Source of the DNA: Actinomycetes bacterium
GTDB taxonomy: Bacteria; Actinomycetota; Actinomycetes; S36-B12
DNA: 64,000 nt
Direction: 5' to 3'
NCBI GenBank assembly: GCA_014190275.1
Contig: BJGE01000001.1
Span: forward strand, 12,289-76,288
Both the position numbers and the translations under genes were made by a program. Every line of letters begins with the position of its first letter. Position 1 is the first letter of the stretch. Positions 18,486-29,284 of this stretch are shown here, in pieces. Below the pieces are notes generated by a model. That model did not search any database and was not told the origin of the DNA. It was given only the letters and a program-made list of their open reading frames with translations.

Positions 18486-19097
18486 CTAGCGACTCATGAT
18501 GAGAGACATCGCCTCGGCCCGGGTGGCTGGCACCATCAAGGAGCCGCGCACCGCACTGGTGATCGTCTTGGCTCCCGGCTTACGCACCCCGCGCATTGCA
18601 ATACATAGATGCTCAGCCTCAATGATGACAATCGCACCACGGGGATCAAGGATTCGCATTAGTGCATCGGCTATCTGAGTTGTTAGGCGTTCTTGAACCT
18701 GGGGTCGGCGTGCGAACACGTCAACTAGTCGCGCCAATTTAGATAACCCGGTGATGGTGCCACTGCTGTTTGGGATATAGCCGATGTGGGCAACTCCGTG
18801 AAACGGCACCAGGTGGTGCTCGCACGTACTATACATCTCGATATCTCGCACGATGACGAGTTCCTCGTGCCCCATATCGAAGGTCGTGGTCAAGACCTCA
18901 TCCGCGGTCATTTGCAGGCCGCCGAAGATCTCAGCATACGAGCGCGCCACGCGCGCCGGGGTATCGCGCAAGCCTTCACGATCTGGGTTCTCGCCAATCG
19001 CCACCAATAGATCGCGAATTGCTCGTTCCACCCCGGCCGCGTCGTACGGCCCCGCGGCGTCGTCACCGGTTAGGGTCACCGGCCCGATGCCGGTCAC
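18486..19097 (-). CDS. folE: GTP cyclohydrolase I
   Basis: CEHHLVPF zinc site and overall FolE pattern. Confidence 0.96.
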   Translation of the reverse strand: MTGIGPVTLTGDDAAGPYDAAGVERAIRDLLVAIGENPDREGLRDTPARVARSYAEIFGGLQMTADEVLTTTFDMGHEELVIVRDIEMYSTCEHHLVPFHGVAHIGYIPNSSGTITGLSKLARLVDVFARRPQVQERLTTQIADALMRILDPRGAIVIIEAEHLCIAMRGVRKPGAKTITSAVRGSLMVPATRAEAMSLIMSR

Positions 19098-21031
19098 GTG
19101 GCTTCCGTGGGAACCCCGTGATACCCATTTGCTGACGGCGTAGCGACCGGCCCACGCTCATCCGGGCGACGCCTTGTCGAACCCGTCCAGGCCGGGCGCA
19201 CCTCGCGCAGTTTCAATGCGGCAAATACTTCTTCGATCTGTGCTTTATCGAGGGTTTCTTTCTCCAGCAGTTCAAGAACTAATGCGTCAAGCACATCGCG
19301 GTTAGCCACCAGCGCCTCATACGCCTCTTGGTGCGCTGCCTCGATGAAGGCACGGACTTCTTCATCAATAGCTGCCGCGACCTCTTCGGAGTAATCTCGC
19401 GTTTGGCCCATATCGCGGCCTAGGAACACCTCGCCCTGCTCTTTGCCATATCTGATCGCACCCAAGCGCTCGGTCATGCCGAACTGCATGACCATCGCAC
19501 GCGCGAGCGCCGTCGCTTTCTCAATGTCGTTCGACGCCCCGGTTGTCGGATTGTGGAAGATAAGTTCCTCAGCCGCGCGGCCGCCCAACATGTAGGCGAG
19601 TTGGTTAAGCATCTCACTGCGAGTTGTGGAGTATTTTTCCTGATCTGGAAGCACCATCGTGTAACCCAGTGCACGGCCACGCGGCAAGATGGTGATCTTG
19701 TGCACGGGGTCATTGCCCGGCAGCGCTGCGGCAACAAGTGCGTGCCCGGCTTCGTGGTAGGCGGTGATTTTCTTCTCTTCGTCGTCCATTACCCGGGTGC
19801 GCTTTTGTGGGCCGGCGATAACACGATCTATTGCCTCGTCAAGTGCCAGATCGTCAAGGAATGACTTGCCCTCGCGCGCCGTAAGGAGCGCCGCTTCGTT
19901 AAGCACATTGGCGAGGTCCGCGCCGGTGAAACCTGGGGTGCGGCGGGCAACCGAGCGCAGGTTGACGTGCTCAGCCATCGGCTTACCCTTTGCGTGCACC
20001 TCCAGGATTGCTTCACGGCCATTCAGGTCTGGTCGCTCGACCGCAATCTGTCGATCAAATCTGCCCGGGCGCAGCAATGCTGGATCCAAGATGTCGGGTC
20101 GGTTGGTGGCTGCGATCATGATGACGTTCTGGGTGGCATCAAAGCCGTCCATCTCAACCAGCATCTGATTCAGCGTTTGCTCGCGCTCATCATGGCCACC
20201 GCCCAGCCCGGCACCGCGGTGGCGACCCACGGCATCAATCTCGTCAACGCAAATAATTGCATGCGCATTGGCCTTGGCTTGCTCAAAAAGATCGCGAACC
20301 CGGCTAGCACCGACGCCAACGAACATCTCGACGAAGTCGGAGCCTGAGATGGAGAAGAACGGCACTCCGGCTTCACCGGCCACCGCACGTGCCAACAATG
20401 TCTTGCCAGTGCCGGGCGGGCCGTAGAGCAGCACACCCTTGGGGATCTTCGCGCCGACAGCTTGGAACTTCGCCGGCTCCGCGAGGAACTCCTTGATCTC
20501 CTGAAGTTCCTCGACGGCCTCCTGCGCGCCGGCAACGTCCGCGAAAGTTGTTTGTGGCATATCCTTCGTGATCATCTTGGCCTTGGACTTGCCAAAGTTC
20601 ATGATGCGCGAGCCGCCACCTTGCATCTGGCCCATGAAGAAGAAGAGCAAGAAGACGATCAACGCAATCGGCAGCAACGAGACCAATAAGGTCATTAGCA
20701 GGCTTTCGCTCGGCACCACCACGTTGTAACCACCGGGTAGTTGACCAGCATCAGCTTTTTGCTGCAACAACTCTTGGAGGTTTACTCCCTGCCCCGTCAC
20801 ATATGAGGTCCGGACTTTGGTGCCGTCTTTTAGGGTCAGGTCCAGCACCTGATCGCGGTCGGTGATCACCGCGGTATCTACATTGCCCGCCTGAATATCG
20901 CTGACCGCAGCCCCGGTATCTACCTGGTCGGGCGCGCCGAGGCCAGAGACCAAGCTGGAGCCTAGGAGCACGAGCAGGACGGCCAGCACGATCCAAAAGA
21001 TCGGCCCGCGAAAAAGGCGCTTGAAATCCAC
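19094..21031 (-). CDS. ftsH: ATP-dependent zinc metalloprotease FtsH
   Basis: Two TM helices, Walker [12 protein letters not shown], and HEAGH zinc motif. Confidence 0.98.
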   Translation of the reverse strand: MDFKRLFRGPIFWIVLAVLLVLLGSSLVSGLGAPDQVDTGAAVSDIQAGNVDTAVITDRDQVLDLTLKDGTKVRTSYVTGQGVNLQELLQQKADAGQLPGGYNVVVPSESLLMTLLVSLLPIALIVFLLFFFMGQMQGGGSRIMNFGKSKAKMITKDMPQTTFADVAGAQEAVEELQEIKEFLAEPAKFQAVGAKIPKGVLLYGPPGTGKTLLARAVAGEAGVPFFSISGSDFVEMFVGVGASRVRDLFEQAKANAHAIICVDEIDAVGRHRGAGLGGGHDEREQTLNQMLVEMDGFDATQNVIMIAATNRPDILDPALLRPGRFDRQIAVERPDLNGREAILEVHAKGKPMAEHVNLRSVARRTPGFTGADLANVLNEAALLTAREGKSFLDDLALDEAIDRVIAGPQKRTRVMDDEEKKITAYHEAGHALVAAALPGNDPVHKITILPRGRALGYTMVLPDQEKYSTTRSEMLNQLAYMLGGRAAEELIFHNPTTGASNDIEKATALARAMVMQFGMTERLGAIRYGKEQGEVFLGRDMGQTRDYSEEVAAAIDEEVRAFIEAAHQEAYEALVANRDVLDALVLELLEKETLDKAQIEEVFAALKLREVRPAWTGSTRRRPDERGPVATPSANGYHGVPTEAT

Positions 21032-21131
21032 CTCCTGACGGTACTACGAGCCCGCTGACCCCACACCCGCGCGGTTGCCCTTTGCGCGCAGAGCGAACCG
21101 GGGCCACCGGCACCGGGGGAGGGTTTGCTGG

Positions 21132-21686
21132 TTAGCCGCCGTAGACGTGCGGGGCCAGCGTGCCCACGCAGCGCAAATTCCGATACTTCTGGGCGTAATC
21201 CAAGCCGTAACCAACCACAAACTCATTCGGGATATCAAATCCCACATAGCGGGCCTTCACTTCGACCTTCATGGCGTCGGGCTTGCGCATCAAGGTGAAT
21301 ACCTCGACCGAGGCCGGCCCGCGCGAGCTGAGGTTCCTGAGGAGCCACGACAAGGTCAGGCCAGAGTCAACAACATCCTCGACCAGCAGCACATTGCGGC
21401 CGGCAATGTCCGCGTCTAGGTCTTTGAGGATTCGCACCACGCCACTGCTCTTGGTGCCCGAGCCGTAGGACGAGACGGCCATCCAGTCCATGTCCGAACT
21501 GCGCTTTAGGGCCCGCGCTAGGTCTGCCATCACCATCACCGCACCCTTCAACACCCCAACTAGCAGCAGATCCTTGTCCGCATAATCGGCTTCGATCTGC
21601 GCCGCTAACTTTGAAATTCGCCCGTGGATCTGCTCCTCCGTGAGCAGCACGTGGGCAAGATCGGTTCCGAGATCTTCTGGCTGCAA
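21132..21686 (-). CDS. hpt: hypoxanthine phosphoribosyltransferase
   Basis: PRPP loop [13 protein letters not shown]. Confidence 0.95.
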   Translation of the reverse strand: MQPEDLGTDLAHVLLTEEQIHGRISKLAAQIEADYADKDLLLVGVLKGAVMVMADLARALKRSSDMDWMAVSSYGSGTKSSGVVRILKDLDADIAGRNVLLVEDVVDSGLTLSWLLRNLSSRGPASVEVFTLMRKPDAMKVEVKARYVGFDIPNEFVVGYGLDYAQKYRNLRCVGTLAPHVYGG

Positions 21687-21698
21687 CTTTTACTCCCA

Positions 21699-22721
21699 CT
21701 ATTGGGTCACCCGGCTTATCGTAAGCCTGTCACATGCGCGATGCGCCTGAACTCCCCCCGGCAAAAATGCCGGCCCCTGCCCCGTCCACTTCGCCACCAG
21801 CCGGTCGACGGCCAGCACGTGGTCCCGGTTTAAGTCCCCTGGCACCACTCCGGCAGCCAAGCACATCGCGCGAACCAGACGGGTGCGGATCGCTCGTGGA
21901 ATACCGTCAAGGTCATCGACTGCGACCGACACCGCACCGTTGTCGATAGTTACAGCGTCGGCAAACAAGGCATCGGTTAATTCATCAAGGGCGTCAGCGT
22001 CATCTCGCAACAAGCTGGCAGAACGAGCTAGCCCTACGACCACCCCGGGGCCGAGTCCTACTCCCAGCGAATCCAATATTTGCCGAACGCGAACGCGCGC
22101 AAAGTGCGGGTCCAAGTTATGGGGGTCCTGCCATGCCTGCTCCCCCAGCTCGGTGAGCACTTGTGTTGCCGACTCATGCACGAGGGCCCGCGGTATTTCA
22201 AGTAGTGGGCGGTGCCACAGGCCGTTGACCTCCGCCATCGCCGCTAATGACCTAGCCCCGGACCCACGGGTCAGGCGAAGCAGCACGGTTTCCGCTTGAT
22301 CATCTTGGGTGTGGCCAAGGAGCACCACCGTGGAGCCAAGTCGCTCGGCAGATTCAGTAAGTGCTGCATAACGCGCAGCACGGGCCGCCGCTTCCAGCCC
22401 GCCAGAGCCGTCAACCCGAACAGCAACCACCGAGGCGGGGCTCAGGCCAAAGCGCTCACATACCCTGGCCGCCCATGCTGCGATCTGGGCCGAGCCCTCC
22501 TGCAATTGGTGGTCGACGATTACCGCACCAGCTAAGAGCCCGAGGCGCTGCGCTGCCCAACCGGTGGCTGCGGCCAAGGCGAGTGAATCCGGCCCACCGG
22601 AGCAGGCAACAAGTACTCGGTCACCCGGTTCGCACTCACCGAGCGCACGCGTTACCGCATTGCGGATCAATACCGTTGCCTCACCAGCAGGTGCCATTAG
22701 CCTGCCATCCGCTTGATCCAC
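21699..22721 (-). CDS. tilS: tRNA(Ile)-lysidine synthase
   Basis: PP-loop ACSGGPDS. The start may be the ATG at 22697. Confidence 0.9.
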   Translation of the reverse strand: MDQADGRLMAPAGEATVLIRNAVTRALGECEPGDRVLVACSGGPDSLALAAATGWAAQRLGLLAGAVIVDHQLQEGSAQIAAWAARVCERFGLSPASVVAVRVDGSGGLEAAARAARYAALTESAERLGSTVVLLGHTQDDQAETVLLRLTRGSGARSLAAMAEVNGLWHRPLLEIPRALVHESATQVLTELGEQAWQDPHNLDPHFARVRVRQILDSLGVGLGPGVVVGLARSASLLRDDADALDELTDALFADAVTIDNGAVSVAVDDLDGIPRAIRTRLVRAMCLAAGVVPGDLNRDHVLAVDRLVAKWTGQGPAFLPGGVQAHRACDRLTISRVTQ

Positions 22722-23770
22722 ACATCAGGATTGGTTATCTCGGTTCGCGTCGGGAGTGTCTGCGGTGAAGTCCATACTTGGTTGAACCCTGTCATGCCGA
22801 CCGCCTCAACTACTTGGCGGACGAACGCAGCGCCTTCGGTGTATTGGCGCAGTTTTAGATCCATGCCGAGGGCGCGGCGAGCCACCGCATCTATGGCCTT
22901 GGGACTATTCCTGCGCTCGGTGAAACGCTCGCGAATCAGCGCCACGCTCGGGACCACCTGTGGACCGACCGCATCCATCACCACATCAGCATGGCCCTCG
23001 AGAAGTGACATAACACCGGTCATTTTGTTGAACACCTCACGTTGCTCAGGTGATTGGGCGGCTTCCATCAGGCTCGTCCGGCGGGCAATGGACCCCAGCA
23101 CCGCCGTCACGCGCCGCAACGTCTCATTAAAACTTAGGTCAGAAGCCTCGATGAACTCATTCACCAGCGAAGCTAAGTAGCCGCCGAGCCATGACACCGC
23201 CCCAAATTGCACGCGGTGGGTTTCCTCATGCAGGCAAACCCAGAGCCGAAAATCCCGGGACGGGACTTGTAGTTGCTGCTCCACCTGCACAATTGTCGGG
23301 GCTACGAGCAGCAACCGACCCGGCTGCCCTGGTGCGGTGAATACTTCGTACTGTCCCAGCACCTTGCCGGAGAGCCATCCGAGAACCAATCCAAGTTGCA
23401 CCGCGGAGCCGCGGGTGCCCAAACTGCGCACCCCGGCCGGCAGCCCGCCTTCATAGATAGTTTCGGAAAGGGACGCTAACGCAATCTGCATTCCGGCCAC
23501 ATTTGATTCAATCCACGTGGCGCGATCAACGACCTGTGCCCGCGACGTGGGCGGTGCAGCCAACCCGGTGACCTGCTGCACCGGCTCTACCGCCTCCAGG
23601 GCTAGGTCGCGCAACATATCGACCGCCGCTTGGGTTTGCTGCCGTGACAAAACCGGTCCGCTCGGGGCAATCCTCGTCGCCGTACTGATTGCCAGCGACC
23701 AGTCGACGCTATCGTTGACCAAACTTTCAGCGGCCATCTGCGGCACTTGCATCCGGGGGGCGGCAGGCAA
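22697..23770 (-). CDS. zinc-dependent metalloprotease (DUF2342 family)
   Basis: HEETHRVQF HExxH motif. Conserved position upstream of tilS. Exact start uncertain (23737-23770). Confidence 0.8.
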   Translation of the reverse strand: MPAAPRMQVPQMAAESLVNDSVDWSLAISTATRIAPSGPVLSRQQTQAAVDMLRDLALEAVEPVQQVTGLAAPPTSRAQVVDRATWIESNVAGMQIALASLSETIYEGGLPAGVRSLGTRGSAVQLGLVLGWLSGKVLGQYEVFTAPGQPGRLLLVAPTIVQVEQQLQVPSRDFRLWVCLHEETHRVQFGAVSWLGGYLASLVNEFIEASDLSFNETLRRVTAVLGSIARRTSLMEAAQSPEQREVFNKMTGVMSLLEGHADVVMDAVGPQVVPSVALIRERFTERRNSPKAIDAVARRALGMDLKLRQYTEGAAFVRQVVEAVGMTGFNQVWTSPQTLPTRTEITNPDVWIKRMAG

Positions 23771-24761
23771 CAGCTACGCAACTACCTTCCAGGGACCAAT
23801 CCCCCGCCACAAATGGTACGAGTGCTACTTCACCGCGAGTGACTTCAACTGACCCAAGGTTCGTGACAAGAACCCCGCTGCCTTCGGTAATAAGCACGAT
23901 CGCAAACCCCGCATCCACATTAACCCGGCCGGCTGCGGTGTCGATCCGCTGCGCCCGAAAATATGGGTCGGCCTGGGTTGGCATCACCGAAACCAATCCG
24001 GCGCCCTGAATTGTCGAAGCCGGGACCACCAAGTGATCAAGGTCGGCCGCCGTTATCGCTGAGAGATCAACCGCATGCAGTGCGACATCGAATCCGAGGT
24101 CGAGGTGACCGTCCTTTGCGCCATCAACGGCAAACCCCTGCCACTCCAGCAGGATCGATAGGTCGGTTGGCTCCTGCAACTCAAGTACGAAGACACCGTC
24201 GGCAACAGTGTGCGGCAGACCCGCCGGCACGAGCATCGCATCACCCGGATGCACAACCTTGGTTTGCAGGGCCCCAAGCAGCGCTGCGCTATCGCGTTCG
24301 CGTACCCAAGATGAAACCTGATCCAGGGTCATCGCATCCTTAAACCCAACACCCACTTCAGCGCCCACCGGTGCATCAAGTACGTACCAAGCTTCGGTCT
24401 TGCCGTGTGACAGGCCGAGATGGGTTTTGGAAAATGCGCGATTCGGGTGCAAGTGCACCGGCAATCTTTGACCCAGATCAAGTAGCTTCACTAGTACTTC
24501 GGTACTTGCGCCATAGCGTGCAACATGCTTAGCTCCAAGCCACGCCAGCGGGTCATCGTCAATCGCCTCGACAAGTAAGCGGCCGTCGGGCAACACGCTG
24601 TACCCCTGCGGTGCCTGCCCAAAGCGCGCGGTCGTTGACCCGATCCACTCCTCGGGTCGACTCGGTCCACCCGGCCCATGGCGGAGGGCGCCTATGCGGT
24701 CCCCACCCCGGTAGAAATGGTCAAACTGATTTACCGGCAGCAGCGTCACCGTGACTGTCAT
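23727..24761 (-). CDS. class I phosphomannose-isomerase-like cupin protein
   Basis: LPVHLHP...HGKTEAWYVL metal-site pattern of type I PMI. The ATG at 24761 overlaps the dacB stop as ATGA. Confidence 0.68.
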   Translation of the reverse strand: MTVTVTLLPVNQFDHFYRGGDRIGALRHGPGGPSRPEEWIGSTTARFGQAPQGYSVLPDGRLLVEAIDDDPLAWLGAKHVARYGASTEVLVKLLDLGQRLPVHLHPNRAFSKTHLGLSHGKTEAWYVLDAPVGAEVGVGFKDAMTLDQVSSWVRERDSAALLGALQTKVVHPGDAMLVPAGLPHTVADGVFVLELQEPTDLSILLEWQGFAVDGAKDGHLDLGFDVALHAVDLSAITAADLDHLVVPASTIQGAGLVSVMPTQADPYFRAQRIDTAAGRVNVDAGFAIVLITEGSGVLVTNLGSVEVTRGEVALVPFVAGDWSLEGSCVAVACRPPDASAADGR

Positions 24762-26119
24762 CCTGTGCACCCACACTTCGCTAGTTTGGTTGCGAATAAA
24801 TCAACTGACTGCCTTACCGCAATCAGGCTCTTGACATTGTTCGCGAGAATGGCAAAGACGAGTATCCGCCCGTCGGCATCCTTGACCGTGCCGGTCAAGC
24901 CAATCACACCGGTCAGCGAACCGGTCTTCGCATGCACATAGCCCGCACCGCGTGCGGTGGGCCCGGTCAAAAAGCGATCAGCCAAAGTGCCAGTCGCGCC
25001 GGCTATTGGCAGTCCAGATCCAATAGCAGAAAGCACGGGATTGGTGTTGCGTGCTACTTCGGCCAGTAGGGCCCCGTAGGTATCAACGCGGACCCGGTCG
25101 CTACTAGAAAGCCCGCTCCCATCGACGATGACTAACCCGGCAGTCGGCAACCCCAATTTCTTGATGGCCGCTGTCACTGCTTTCGCTCCGCCCGCAAATG
25201 AGGTACCGGCTCCGCTCGCCCCACCGACTAAATGGGCAAGTGACTCACCCATGTCGTTGTTCGAATCGGTTAATAGTTGCTCGACTAAGTCAGCCACCGG
25301 CGGGGACTCCACTCGGGCGATTTCGGTCGCACCGGATGCCGCTTTGCCCGCGGTGGTCTTCGTGACTTCAACACCGGCTCTGCCGAGATAATCGGCGAAA
25401 ACCTCCCCCGCTTGCCTAGCCGGGTCACTGACCCGCGAGATCGCTCCCGGCCGCACCCGGCCCTCGCCCACCATCAAGGCGCTGACCGGTGCGGCGATGC
25501 CAAAACGCGCTGCCTGCTTTGGCCAGTTCGGTCCCGTGGTCGGACCGGTAAAGAGTGAGTCGTCGTACTTCAGTTGCACCGGTTGGTCCGGTAGCGCCGC
25601 TGCCGTCAGCTCAGCGAGCGCCTTGAGTGATGCAGCACCACCAGTGAGCGGGTCACCACCGCGGGCGCGCACCAAGGAGGTGTCACCGCCACCCACCAAG
25701 GTGATGGTGTTGCCATCGCGCATTACCTTGGTCGCGAGTCTGGTTCGGGGGCCTAGCACCTCAAGGGCGGCGGCGGCGGTCAACAGCTTGATCGTTGACG
25801 CCGGGATCCGGGGTTTGTTGGCGTTCACCTCAAGTAACACCTGATCGGTCGCCGGATCGATGACCAATGCGCTGTAGGCACCCAGGGCGCTGCTGGCAAG
25901 CACTCGGGCGGTGGCCTTTTGGACCCCTCCCGGTGTGGGCGCCGGTGCCTTCGAGCCGACCACCGTGGTGGGGTTCAGCACCGGGCCGGCCGGCGGGATT
26001 GGGTTCGCCGCACTCGCGGTAGGCACTAGGGACAGCACGGCCACCAAGGCCAGCACCAAGCCGGGCACCGCGTAGGCTGCCGCGCGGTATTGCCCTGTCA
26101 ATGGTGCCCGGGTACCCAC
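24758..26119 (-). CDS. dacB: D-alanyl-D-alanine carboxypeptidase/endopeptidase (PBP4 family)
   Basis: Signal/TM segment, SxxK (ASTIKLL), KTG motif (HAKTGSL). Confidence 0.9.
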   Translation of the reverse strand: MGTRAPLTGQYRAAAYAVPGLVLALVAVLSLVPTASAANPIPPAGPVLNPTTVVGSKAPAPTPGGVQKATARVLASSALGAYSALVIDPATDQVLLEVNANKPRIPASTIKLLTAAAALEVLGPRTRLATKVMRDGNTITLVGGGDTSLVRARGGDPLTGGAASLKALAELTAAALPDQPVQLKYDDSLFTGPTTGPNWPKQAARFGIAAPVSALMVGEGRVRPGAISRVSDPARQAGEVFADYLGRAGVEVTKTTAGKAASGATEIARVESPPVADLVEQLLTDSNNDMGESLAHLVGGASGAGTSFAGGAKAVTAAIKKLGLPTAGLVIVDGSGLSSSDRVRVDTYGALLAEVARNTNPVLSAIGSGLPIAGATGTLADRFLTGPTARGAGYVHAKTGSLTGVIGLTGTVKDADGRILVFAILANNVKSLIAVRQSVDLFATKLAKCGCTG

Positions 26120-26139
26120 AATAGGGAAGACTACGACAC

Positions 26140-26637
26140 ATGCAGCCCCTTATCTTCGACGTCACAATTGAGATCCCCGGCGGCAGCCGCAACAAGTACG
26201 AAATCGACCACGTCACCGGCCGGATTCGCCTTGATCGAATGCTGTTCACCTCGACCAGGTATCCGCATGATTATGGGTTCATCGAAGACTCCCTCGGGCT
26301 CGACAGCGACCCGCTGGACGCCCTCGTGCTGCTCGGTGAGCCCACCTTTCCCGGGGTGCAGATCCGGTGCCGGGCGGTCGGCATGTTCCGGATGACCGAC
26401 GAAGCCGGTGGTGATGACAAAGTGCTCTGCGTGCCGGCGAGTGACCCACGTGTTGAGCACCTACGAGACATCCACCATGTACCAGAGTTCGATCGACTTG
26501 AAATTCAGCACTTCTTCGAGGTCTACAAGGAACTTGAACCCGGTAAGAGTGTCGAAGGTGCCACCTGGGTGGGACGCGCCGAAGCCGAGGCCGAGATAAA
26601 AGCGTCCTGGGATCGATTCAAAAACTCCCAGCGCTAG
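26140..26637 (+). CDS. ppa: inorganic diphosphatase (family I)
   Basis: [11 protein letters not shown] and [10 protein letters not shown] signature. Confidence 0.97.
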   Translation: MQPLIFDVTIEIPGGSRNKYEIDHVTGRIRLDRMLFTSTRYPHDYGFIEDSLGLDSDPLDALVLLGEPTFPGVQIRCRAVGMFRMTDEAGGDDKVLCVPASDPRVEHLRDIHHVPEFDRLEIQHFFEVYKELEPGKSVEGATWVGRAEAEAEIKASWDRFKNSQR

Positions 26638-26931
26638 TTAATTCAGAAGTTCAAGAGTTCGGCAGACCATGGGGAGGTCCGATGAATTCCAACTGTTTGA
26701 AGGACGAACCACCAGTATTCTCCAACAGGAAACCGTAATTTCGAGGGTGCCTCAACCTGGCTTAATTCGGCCCTGCGACTCCTAGCCCGCGGTGATCTGG
26801 AACTCCGTGCAAATCCACTCGGTGTCCTGACCCACGCCGAAAGTGTAACGGCGGTTCGCGAGTAGTGGGGCGGTTCGGCTCTGCACCTATAACCTGCTCA
26901 CCGAAGGTGCAAGGGTGAGATTCATTTGAAG

Positions 26932-28008
26932 CTAAGTCTGGCCGCTGCCATCGGTGAGTTTCGAGGCAACTACTTCGGTGCGGCGCAAGTAGGTACCGAC
27001 AAAGGCTTTCAGTGTTGCCGCGAATGGCAGTGCCAAAAAGGCCCCAACGGGCCCGAGCACGGCCGCGCCAGCAAGCACGCTCAAGAATGAAACAGCGGTA
27101 TTCAACTCCATCGCCTTGGCCGAAATCCGTGGCTCAATCGTCAAGTTCTCAACTTGTTGATAGGCCAAGATGAAGGCCAAGGTGGCAACACCTTGGATCG
27201 GGCTCGAGCCGAAGGCGACGGCAACCGGCAAGATCCCGCCGATGTAGGTTCCGATCGTTGGAATAAATGCCGAGACCAAGCCGGTGAAGACACCCAGGGC
27301 CAACCCATTGGGCACCTGGATGATCAACAGGAAAACGGTGGTCGCGGTCCCGCAAACCAAGGCGAGAATTGACCTTGAGATCATGTAACTGGAAGTCTTA
27401 TCAATCGCCACCTCCCAGACGGCCAAGATCTCGCGCTGCCGGCGCTGGGAGAAAAGCGAGCACACGACGCTGCGAAAGCGCGGGCCGTCAACCACCAGGT
27501 AGAAAGTCACCAGTAACACCGTCAGCCCCCCAAATACCACCCCCAGGAACGTGTTGATGACACCAATCACACCATTGGCCAGGAGTGAGACGGCATCCGT
27601 GAGGTACTGGTCCATTAAAACTGACGGCTCCGGAAGGGTGATTGATAGGGATTCATCGAAGAAACCTCGGATACCGTCGTAAAGATTGGGGATTTCAGAG
27701 ATTAGGTCGACGACCTGTTGGAAGAAGACCAACCCGAAGAAGGCAAAGAATGCGGAAACCGCAACGATGCCCACTACGTAGACGAACAAGGTGGCCAGTC
27801 CGCGCCGCCAGCCCCGCGCCGCGAGTCTGTTGACGATTGGTTCAATGCAAAATGCCAAGAAGAAGCAAATGGCCACCGTGACCATTAAGTCGGTGAGTTG
27901 AAGTGCGATGTACCACCCCGCGATTGACAATGTAACGGCGAAAATCGCATACCAGATTGCTTTCACGTACCAGCGTGGCAACTGGGCGCCCTTGCTGCCG
28001 TCTTCCAT
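26932..28008 (-). CDS. AI-2E family (PerM/UPF0118) transporter
   Basis: About 8 TM helices and characteristic length and pattern. Confidence 0.85.
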   Translation of the reverse strand: MEDGSKGAQLPRWYVKAIWYAIFAVTLSIAGWYIALQLTDLMVTVAICFFLAFCIEPIVNRLAARGWRRGLATLFVYVVGIVAVSAFFAFFGLVFFQQVVDLISEIPNLYDGIRGFFDESLSITLPEPSVLMDQYLTDAVSLLANGVIGVINTFLGVVFGGLTVLLVTFYLVVDGPRFRSVVCSLFSQRRQREILAVWEVAIDKTSSYMISRSILALVCGTATTVFLLIIQVPNGLALGVFTGLVSAFIPTIGTYIGGILPVAVAFGSSPIQGVATLAFILAYQQVENLTIEPRISAKAMELNTAVSFLSVLAGAAVLGPVGAFLALPFAATLKAFVGTYLRRTEVVASKLTDGSGQT

Positions 28009-28053
28009 GGCCCCACCCTAGGGGCAGGCCGAACGCCTTAGCCCGGTTACCTG

Positions 28054-29253
28054 CTAATTGGAAACCGGTGACGCACTCGGTGCTTCCTCACCGTCCACGT
28101 TGACAACAACCTTCAGCGGACCAAATGTTTGAATTCGAATTGGCTCTGGCATTGGCGTCAGCCCGAATGACTCAAGTGAGCCCTGCCCGGCCAGGCGGAC
28201 CAAATACTGGGCAAAGAGCAGCGGCAGCGGCTCCGCCGGGTTATCGCAGATCAACAGGTGCGCGTACCCTAGAACCGGCCAGCCCGCAAGCGGTGCGCCA
28301 TCGGCGATCATGATTTTAGATGAGGCAAAATCAAAATTACCGTCAACCGGGAACCCGCCGGTTGCCGGGCTGGCGAAGAGATTGCCCGAGGCATCCTTAG
28401 TGACGGTGGTGGCACCGGAACCGATCTTGTAGAGCTGCACATCATCGGTGGTAATGACTGCGTCAACTTCTTGGCCGTTGGCATCGGTGCCCTTAACCGG
28501 CAAGTTTGCTGTCGCCAAAATATTGTTGTACGCCACCGAGATCGGCAGCACCGCAATTGAACCTTCGACCGCCAGTATCTCAGCCAGCAGATCGGCTTGC
28601 GATGCGAACTTTTGGCCCATCTCCAGCATGCCAACCTTGCCCTGCGGCCATGAGGCGGGGTCTTGCTGGATTAGCCAGGTTGTCATCGCCTCGACATCAC
28701 CTTGGGGTGCGTCGATGGACATTAGGGCGATCTGCGGCAACAGGGTCAAATCGAAGTCCGGGTTTGCCTCCAGCAGCAGTGGGTCCTCCCAAGAGGTAAT
28801 CGCGCCACTGAGAATCCCCGACACAATCTGGGGAGTCATGAATAGGCCCTCGAGTCCAACCACGTTGTAGGCCAAAGTCACGGGATACGCAAATGCCGGT
28901 ACGACGATGACCGGATTATCCGGGCATGAAGTGGCCTTAAATGCCTCGATGTCGGCCGGAGAGGGGGTCTTGTCAACCAACGCCAGCGGCGCGGATTCGT
29001 CTACCGGCACCTCAAATACGGTCTCATCCGGGCACACCGACGACAGTGCGGCCCCAACCGCGTCCATCGCCCCGCTGAACCCGGTTGGCACGCTTACTCG
29101 AACCTCACCGGTGCCGCAAGCCACTTGGGCTTCAGCGCGAGCTGCAAGCACATCCGGGGGCATCGGCGGCGTACAACCTGCTATCAGAACGGTTAGGAAA
29201 CCAGCGAGGACGATGCCCCGGATTGTCATGACTCTCCGAGGCATCGCCCGCAC
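28054..29253 (-). CDS. PstS-like (PBP-like_2) lipoprotein with degenerate phosphate-binding residues
   Basis: Lipobox LIAGC. AITSWEDPLLLEANP resembles the PstS ITTWNHPEILKDNP. The anion-binding RSDASGTS block of the neighbouring PstS aligns to SIDAPQGD. The start may be the ATG at 29229. Confidence 0.62.
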   Translation of the reverse strand: MRAMPRRVMTIRGIVLAGFLTVLIAGCTPPMPPDVLAARAEAQVACGTGEVRVSVPTGFSGAMDAVGAALSSVCPDETVFEVPVDESAPLALVDKTPSPADIEAFKATSCPDNPVIVVPAFAYPVTLAYNVVGLEGLFMTPQIVSGILSGAITSWEDPLLLEANPDFDLTLLPQIALMSIDAPQGDVEAMTTWLIQQDPASWPQGKVGMLEMGQKFASQADLLAEILAVEGSIAVLPISVAYNNILATANLPVKGTDANGQEVDAVITTDDVQLYKIGSGATTVTKDASGNLFASPATGGFPVDGNFDFASSKIMIADGAPLAGWPVLGYAHLLICDNPAEPLPLLFAQYLVRLAGQGSLESFGLTPMPEPIRIQTFGPLKVVVNVDGEEAPSASPVSN

Positions 29254-29284
29254 CTTTGCGCTTCGTTGTTGCTGCTGAGACTTA

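Noticed and set aside
26120-26139. A 20-bp divergent spacer between dacB and ppa as an unusual shared promoter.
   Set aside because: It is probably explained by leaderless transcripts or promoters embedded in coding sequence, which is common in actinobacteria. No specific motif is visible.
26638-26931. tRNA, tmRNA, RNase P, SRP or 6S RNA in the long ppa-downstream gap.
   Set aside because: I found no T-loop (GGTTCGA-type) with matching stems, no GGGG...CCACCA ends, and no RNase P or SRP conserved boxes. It is kept only as an unexplained gap.
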